Part shown: one piece after another, positions 58,850 to 64,000 of the stretch
Position numbering within the stretch: the first letter of the stretch is position 1
Layout of the letters: the number at the start of each line of letters is the position of its first letter
Source: Cyanophora paradoxa CCMP329
Lineage: Eukaryota; Plantae; Glaucophyta
Assembly: GCA_004431415.1 (NCBI GenBank)
Contig: QPMI01000531.1
Location: 62,001 to 126,000, forward strand
Direction: 5' to 3'
Length of the DNA stretch: 64,000 nucleotides
Position numbers and translations under genes: made by a program
Notes under the pieces: model-generated
Told to the model about the DNA's origin: nothing
Seen by the model: only the letters and a program-made list of their open reading frames with translations
The model's database searches: none

Positions 58850-60883
58850 TCAGTCGAGAAGCGAGTGCGGGGGCTGCTGCGGGGCGGCGGGGGCGGTGGC
58901 CGGCGGGGGTCCCGGCGCGTAGTACGGGGGCGGGGCAGGGTAGTAGGCCGGGGGCGGGGCCGGGAAGTGCGCCCACCCGGCGGCGTGGGGGGCGGCGGCA
59001 GGCCCACGCCGGCGCCCGGGGCGGGGCGGCATGCGCGGGTACATGGGCGGGAAGTGGGCCTGGGCCGGGGGCGGGGCGGGGCCGGGACGGCGACGGCGGG
59101 GCGGGGCGCGGCGGCAGCGGCGGCGCCGGCGGCAGCGCCGGCGGCGGCAGCGACGGAGACGACCTGGGAGAGGGGGGCGGGCTCGGGGGCGGGGGCGGGG
59201 CGGGCCTCCTCGGCGAGGAGCGGGGCGCGCTGGCCGGCCTCGACGGAGCCGGCGCTGTCGGCGCGGACGAGGCTGTAGTTGTGGCGCTGCAGCAGCCGCC
59301 GCACCGTCTCCCCGAGCTGCACGCTCGGCACCTCCCAGCGGAAGGCGGGGAGGGCGAGGTCGCGCCGGGCCCGCACGCGGCGGACGCAGCAGCACGCCAG
59401 CCGCGCCAGGCCCACCAGCAGCAGCACGCTCACCACCCCCGCCACGAACCCGTGCTTCTGCTCGCCCCGTCAGCCGTGCGCGGGGCGGGGGGCGGGGGCG
59501 ACGGGGGAGCGCACGGCGCCCATGCCGAAGAAGCGGTGCGCCATGCGGCGGCGCTGCTCCATGCGGGCGTGGAGCATGCGCCCGAAGGCGTCCAGCCGCA
59601 TCTCGAAGGTGCGCACGGCGCCCAGCAGGCACGCCACGCGCTCGTCGCCGGCCTGCGTGCGCGGCGGTGAGCGGGGCGGCGCGGGGCCGGGCCGGGCGGG
59701 GGCGGGGCTGGGCGGGCGGCGCACGAGGGCGCGGCACTTGTCGAGCTCGGAGGGGGCTGGCGGGGCGCGGGGACGGGCCCGGGCGGGCTCCGGGAGCGGG
59801 GCGGGTCGGCGGCGGGGACGAAGGCGACCCAGGCCTCCACCACGACCCGGTGCTCCGAGACCGGCTCCGCAGGGGACCCCGACGAGTGCCACGCCGGCAG
59901 CGGCGGCCCCGGCGGCATCTCCCCGCGCGGCGGCGGCGGAGGCATCTCGCCGCGCGGCGGCGGCGGAGGCATCTCGCCGCGCGGCGGCGGTGGCATCTCG
60001 CCGCGCATCTTCTTGCCGGCCGGCTCGTCGTGGCCGTGCTCGGCGCGGGTCGCCATGCGCTCGGGTATCGCCATGCGGTGCTCACCGCCCTTGAAGCCGG
60101 GGCCCATCGCCCCGCGCGGGCCCTCCGGGCCGCCGGGGCCCGCGCGGCCCCAGCGCTCCATGCGCATGCGGATCCAGTTGCGGACGGTCTGTTCGAGCTG
60201 ATCGAAGTCCTCCACGAGGCACTTGCCCTTCTCGTCGCCCTGCGAGGCCCCGTGAGCCCGCGCGACGCTTCTCGAAGGTTCGAGCCGGACCTGCAGCGCG
60301 TCGCACTTGCGCGCGTCCGGGATCTCGGGCATCGGGGGCATCGGGCCCTCCTCGTGCCCGTGGCAAAGGAGCGAGCGGCCGCCGTGGCCGTGAGGGCCGC
60401 CGTTCGCGCCCGGGCCGCCGTGGGGCCCGCCGCGGCCGTGCCATTCGCGCATGCGCTGCATCGTCATACGAAGGAAGTCCTCCAGGGCCGCGATGGTCTT
60501 CATCGCGCAGACAGAGAGCGCCTCCCCCTTCTCAGACTGACACTTGTCCACGTTCGCGGGGCCGCCGGGGCGGATCAGCTGTGGCGGCACGCCGAGTCAG
60601 CGTTCGGAGGGGCGCGGGCGAAAAGGAGCCGGCGGACCTCCTCGAACTCCTCCAGGGGCCCTCCGTGCGGCCCAGGAGGGCCGTGTGGCCCCGGTCCCGG
60701 GCCCCAAGCGCCGCGGGGGCCATCGCCCCGCGGGCCGTGACCCTCGTCGTGGTCCCGGTGACGAAGTTTGGCGTGGTCGCCGTGCTTATCCCCATCCTTC
60801 TTCTCGTGCTCCTTGTGTCCGTGGGCCGCAACGATCGCCGCACCCGCGACCAGCAGGAGGACGAAGAGCGCCCCGCGGCGCAT
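58850..60883 (-). CDS. Single-pass membrane protein: signal peptide, His/Gly/Pro-rich ectodomain, RGEMPPP(P) x4, PPxY-rich tail
   Basis: MRRGALFVLLLVAGAAIVAA; TM FVAGVVSVLLLVGLARLACCC then RRVRARR; tail PPPAYYPAPPPYY...HSLLD*. Confidence 0.75.
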
Positions 60884-61052
60884 GATGCTGTGGATGCTGC
60901 TGTAGCGGCTCGTGAATGCTGCTGCGGCTGCTGGTAATGCTAGTGACTTCTTGTGGAAGCCGAGGAGGAACTTTCTGCCGCGCCCGAAGCGCGTGCGAAA
61001 TGATGCCGAAATCTCGAGCTCCGACGTCGACGAAGGCACCACGTAAGACTGC

Positions 61053-61053
<1 letters not shown>

Positions 61054-61088
<35 letters not shown>
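61054..61088. repeat. Poly-C tract (~35 nt) between divergent genes
   Basis: Homopolymer; similar G/C runs at ~6718, ~9192, ~55593. Confidence 0.9.
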
Positions 61089-61417
61089 TTCGGTAACCCT
61101 CCCGGCCGGCGTCGAACCCGTGCCTTGGCGTTTGCTCGTGGTGGAGCGGCGCGTTTCTCCAGTGATCGGCAGGAGCGGCGCAGCGCGTCGGGAAGCAACG
61201 GGGGACCTGAGCCGACGAGTCGCGTCGAACGCACCATCGATCTGACCGGACCGCCTGTGCGGCAGCAGCAGGTGCGCCTGCGGCAGGTTTCGCGGTTCGA
61301 TAGGCCGCGCTATTCGATAGAGTTCGGTTACGGCGCCGCGCCCAGTCGTCCCGCGCCGGCTGACGCGATGCCGGTGCGCGAAGGTTGTGCAAGGGCCGGT
61401 CCCCATCGCTGGTTGCA

Positions 61418-64000
61418 ATGGCAGACCGCCACGACAGACCCGGGGCGAAGAAAGCAAGGGAGGCGGCGGGCCCTTACTATGACTCCAGGGGCCAGCAAGC
61501 GACGACTTCGGCCCAGCAAGCTTCTGCAGCTGAGACCATGGAACTTAACCAGCGTACGCGCGTCATCGAGGATGTTTTTCTGCTGCTGACTCCGTGCAGG
61601 CCCTTCGGTTGACGGTTTGATTGAGATCAGTGCGCGCCCCCGCCGGCCGCACGCGAGATCGCAAGCGGAACTGACGGATCCCGGAACTGCGCGCAGAGGC
61701 GGACATACTCTTCAAGGGAGAGGAGCTTGGGAAAGGGTGCGTCTGGGAGGGCAGCGGGTGGCGGCCCGGGGCCGACTTTGACTGGGGGCCGCAGGGCGTG
61801 CGCGACGGTCTACAAGGGGAAGTATATGCTCGACGACGTGGCCATCAAGGAGTTCAGCGACTACTACGACCCCAGCTTCGCTTCCGAGGCGCGCGCGCCC
61901 CGTCCTCGGCGCCGCGCGCCGCCCCCGCGCCCACCCCTGACCGCGCGCGCAGTTCAGAATCCAGCTTATGACGACGCACAGCCACGTGGTAAAAATCATC
62001 GGAGCGCAGACGAAGCAGCCGCCCCTTCGCATCGTCATGGTCCGCAGCGCCGGCCGGCCCGCCCGCCCGCCGCCGGCCCGGGCGTCGAGCGCGGGGGCGC
62101 AGGAGCTGATGGGCGGCAATCTGCGCTCGGTCGTGCTGGAAGACCTTGGGGTTGAGCTGAGCCTGGCCGACCGTCTCCGCCTCATGCGCCAGGCCCGCCG
62201 GCCGGCCCCCGCGCGCTCGCCGCCCACCCGACGCGGCCTTGACGCCGCCCCGGGGCAGGTCTGCCTGGGCCTCTGCGCCCTGCACAGCAAGAGCCCTCAC
62301 ATCGTGCACGGCGACCTCAAGGCCCGCCCGCCCCGCCCGCGCCGCCGCTCGCCGGGGTCTCACGGGGGCGGGGCGCATCGCGCAGAGCCTGAACGTGCTG
62401 GTGAAGAAGACGGGGGGCCCGGAGCGCTTCGAGTGCAAGCTCTCGGACTTCGGCCTGGCGAAGATCATGGAGGCGACGAAGACCTCCATGCTCGCCCGGC
62501 AGCCCCAGCAGGCCGCCCCCACCGACTCCGCCCCGCACGGCGGCGCCGGCTCCTTCCCCTGGATGGGTGCGCCCCGCCCCGCCCCGCCCCGCCCGCCCCG
62601 CCCCGGCTGGACGTGACGCGGCGGGGCGGCGGGGCAGCGCCGGAGGTGATGGGCGGGCAGCAGGCGACGCGGAGCAGCGACGTGTACAGCTTCGCGACCG
62701 TCTGCTGGGAGATCCTCACGCGGCGGGCGCCCCACGCCGGCCTCACCCCTCAAAACGTGCCGTCGCTCCCGGGCGTGCGCCGGCCCCAGCGGGCGCTGAG
62801 CGGCGCGCAGATCGTGTCGCTGATCGGGCGGCGGGGATCGGAGGCGGACGCGATGCTCGACGATGGTCGTGATCGCGAGAGGTTCCTGCCCCACGCGCTC
62901 CCGCCCGACTGCCCGGAGCCCCTCCGCAGGGTCCGCCGGCCCCTCGCCCCGCTGCGCCGCCCTGGGCCTCTGACGGGGCCGGCAGCTGCTGGTGCGCTGC
63001 TGGAGCGTCGACCGGGCGGCGCGGCCGACGGCGCTCGAGGCCCTCGACGAGCTCACCCGCCTCGAGGCCGAGGCGACGCAGCACGCCAGTGCGCCCGCCC
63101 CCCTCCTCCCTACCCCCAGTGCCTCCACCGCCTCACCGCCGCCGGCCGCAGCGGCGCTCGTCGCGGCGCACGTCGACGCGTACATGGGGGAGCACGGCGG
63201 CAGCGAGCAGAACCGCGACGCCCGCCTCGAACTCCGCCTCTGCAAGGTCCCCCGCCCCCTCCCCCGCCCCGCCCCGCCCCGCCCCGCCCCGCCCCGCCCC
63301 GCCCTGCCCGCCCTTTGGCGAGCGGGGGGCGCAGCTGGTGAAAGAGTACGAGCGGTCGCCGCGCGCCGCGGAGCTCCTCTCCGCCTTTGCCGCCGAAGTG
63401 CAGAGCCGGCGCGCCCCGCCCCGCGCCGCCCCGCGCCGCCCCGCGCCGCCCAGAGCGAACGGGGGCGCAGATTCTCCCCCGACGCGATCCGAGTGGACGA
63501 GAAGCTGGGGCGCGAGATGCGCGTCGTCGGGATGCTGCCCGAGATATGCAAGCTGTGGGCGCGCTTCTTGGCGACCCAGAGCTTCGTGGGGGCCGACGGG
63601 CGCGCCTACTGGAGGCGGGCGGCGCTGGCGGACATCACGAGGGCCGAGTTCAACTTCGTCTCGCTCGGCGAACCCCAGTTCCGCGAGATCCTCGCCATCG
63701 GTGCCCGCCGCCCCCGCCCCCGCCAGGCCCGCGCGGGGCCGACTCGGGGCGTGCAGCGCTGCCGGAGCGGCGGGAGCACGTGGCGCAGGAGACGTACACG
63801 GAGGACGAGGTGCGCGAGTTCTGCTACTGGCTCCACCCCGTCGCCATCACCCACCGCAGCGTGCGCGCCGCCCCCCGCCCCCCGCCGCCCGCCCCCCGCC
63901 CTCATCCCAGCCGGGGCGCAGCTTGAGAGGCTCTTCGTGGGCGGCGCCCGCGTCGGCGACGCCTTCCTCACCCTCGAGGTGACCCCCGCCCCGGGGGCGG
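61418..64000 (+). CDS. Tyrosine-kinase-like Ser/Thr protein kinase with unknown C-terminal domain; 3' end beyond window
   Basis: LGKGACATVYKG, VAIK, IVMELM, HGDLKSLNVL, DFGLAK, GSFPWMAPE, SDVYSFATVCWE, CW...RPTA after splicing. Confidence 0.93.

Noticed and set aside
1-64000. Hundreds of long Arg/Pro/Gly/Ala-rich ORFs, including 700-1100 aa ORFs antisense to dynein
   Set aside because: Expected from stop-codon scarcity at very high GC and GC3; no motifs, and the spliced genes explain the regions.
1-64000. tRNA, rRNA or snRNA genes
   Set aside because: None recognisable by eye; tRNAscan-SE or Infernal would be needed to exclude them.

Overview
Eukaryotic nuclear DNA, very GC-rich, gene-dense and packed with short (~40-100 nt) spliceosomal introns, so most six-frame ORFs are artefacts. 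An outer-arm dynein plus two proteins starting 'MAF' with transit-peptide-like leaders suggest a flagellated alga with a primary plastid, most like a glaucophyte such as Cyanophora (inference). Genes spliced by hand: a large unknown ATP-grasp-like protein (runs off the left edge), DUG3-like amidotransferase, RING-H2 ligase, RAP-domain protein, two F-box/LRR genes, mTERF, an acidic coiled-coil protein with ~643-bp exon+intron tandem units, dynein gamma heavy chain head-to-head with RFC1, a plastid-targeted type II NAD(P)H dehydrogenase, a His/Pro-rich membrane protein and a TKL kinase (runs off the right edge). Main signals: (1) unusual splicing grammar, with GT[G/C]CG donors, up to a third GC-AG introns, no pyrimidine tract and intron ends that are often inverted repeats; (2) an intron-containing, RT-less LINE-ORF1-like gene between 17-bp direct repeats, nested antisense in a putative 4.8-kb F-box intron; (3) a 1.36-kb hAT-type element with 8-bp TSD carrying gene-like cargo. 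All annotation is by eye; no searches were run.
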